Shown in pieces: positions 33,968 to 34,636 of a stretch of 34,636 nucleotides of DNA. Both the position numbers and the translations under genes were made by a program. Below the pieces are notes generated by a model. That model had not been told where the DNA came from, made no database searches, and saw only the letters and a program-made list of their open reading frames with translations. The stretch is from Lachnospiraceae bacterium (GTDB taxonomy: Bacteria > Bacillota > Clostridia > Lachnospirales > Lachnospiraceae), in NCBI GenBank assembly GCA_021202715.1, contig JAJQCL010000192.1, forward strand, positions 1 through 34,636. The letters run 5' to 3'. How positions within the stretch are numbered: the first letter of the stretch is position 1; each line of letters opens with the position of its first letter.

Positions 33968-34297
33968 TTATAATCCATATTTATTGCGACGCTTTGCGGC
34001 CTCTTTGTACACTTTTTGATCGGAACGCGCAGAGATAATAATGATTTTCATAACAGCGTTTTCGCGGATGACTTTATAGACGACGCGAATTCCGAGGTCT
34101 CTGAATTTGATTTTCAGGAGATTTGTAAGATCTGTTCCTTCCTGGTTCCCAAGAGGTTTTCCGTAACCGCCCTGCTGCCTGGAAAGAGGATTCTGACTGA
34201 CTTTTTGGATGCCTTTTAATACCTGTCGTTTCGCCGAGCCATCCAGATCACGTAAATCCTGATCAGCTTCGGGAAGAAATTCGATTTCCCAGTTCAT
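33968..34297 (-). CDS. Type II toxin, RelE/ParE superfamily
   Basis: 109 aa. WEIEFLPEADQDLRDLD...LKIKFRDLGIRVVYKVIRENAVMKIIIISAR follows the RelE/ParE pattern. A 4-nt ATGA overlap joins it to the upstream antitoxin gene. GC is low (24/60 at 34021-34080). Confidence 0.8.
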   Translation of the reverse strand: MNWEIEFLPEADQDLRDLDGSAKRQVLKGIQKVSQNPLSRQQGGYGKPLGNQEGTDLTNLLKIKFRDLGIRVVYKVIRENAVMKIIIISARSDQKVYKEAAKRRNKYGL

Positions 34298-34617
34298 TCG
34301 ATCGCGACCTCCTGCATGTGATCGAGTTCTTCCTGTGTGATGTTGTGGCGCGCCATAATTTCAGACATGGAAAGAGCGGGTTTACCGTTGTTCTTTTCGA
34401 GACGTTCATAGGCTTCTGCCAACAGAACATAATCCTCTTCCAGTTCGGTCAGTCGTTCATATTCGTCTGGAGAAAGAATAAATGCCGTAGGCTGATTGTT
34501 TTTCAGAACGATTAATTGAGATTCGCTATGGAGACGATCAAAAATACGGGATGCCTGCCCTTTGTTGAACTGTGAAATCGGGACAAGACTTTTAGCAATA
34601 TTTGTTATTGTTGCCAT
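34294..34617 (-). CDS. Type II antitoxin, Phd/YefM family
   Basis: 107 aa. The N-terminal VPISQFNKGQASRIFDRL...LIVLKNNQPTAFILSPDEYERL is the Phd/YefM fold signature. It is translationally coupled to the toxin. Its promoter lies beyond the window end. Confidence 0.8.
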   Translation of the reverse strand: MATITNIAKSLVPISQFNKGQASRIFDRLHSESQLIVLKNNQPTAFILSPDEYERLTELEEDYVLLAEAYERLEKNNGKPALSMSEIMARHNITQEELDHMQEVAIE

Positions 34618-34636
34618 GATATCACCTGCCTTTATT

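Overview
The window is a high-GC Firmicutes/Clostridia-like chromosomal segment. By hand count 30001-30060 has 43/60 G+C, with lower-GC patches at 27.3-28.9 kb and 33.9-34.6 kb. No rRNA, tRNA, CRISPR array, transposase or integrase was recognised.

Gene content, left to right:
- 3' end of a V-type ATPase operon (subunits A, B, D).
- pncB-plsC, translationally coupled.
- An HD hydrolase.
- A LysM-GH18 (YaaH/SleL-like) enzyme.
- Two paralogous PF00756-type esterases followed by an ATP-grasp enzyme.
- A DUF218/YdcF protein.
- metY.
- A cell-envelope glycan locus at 13.2-23.2 kb: ATP-grasp ligase, ArnC/GtrB-like GT2, WecE-like aminotransferase, CapK-like adenylating enzyme, Wzx flippase, and a 1223-aa YfhO fusion protein.
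- An FN3-repeat L,D-transpeptidase.
- A MATE exporter.
- A low-GC cassette bounded by 45-bp direct-repeat hairpins, carrying a secreted PPC/FN3 protein and a decayed RelE-type toxin-antitoxin module.
- ahpC plus a domain-permuted AhpF-like reductase.
- A DUF234-type ATPase.
- A DUF134-NifX-like fusion with a His/Cys tail.
- An intact Phd/RelE toxin-antitoxin pair.

Most interesting, all resting on motif recognition by eye and unverified by any search:
1. The Arn-like lipid-carrier glycosylation locus with two extra amide-forming ligases and the YfhO fusion.
2. A tandem pair of ~117-nt closed, structured elements forming the long 5' leader of pncB.
3. The direct-repeat-flanked cassette.
4. The circularly permuted AhpF.
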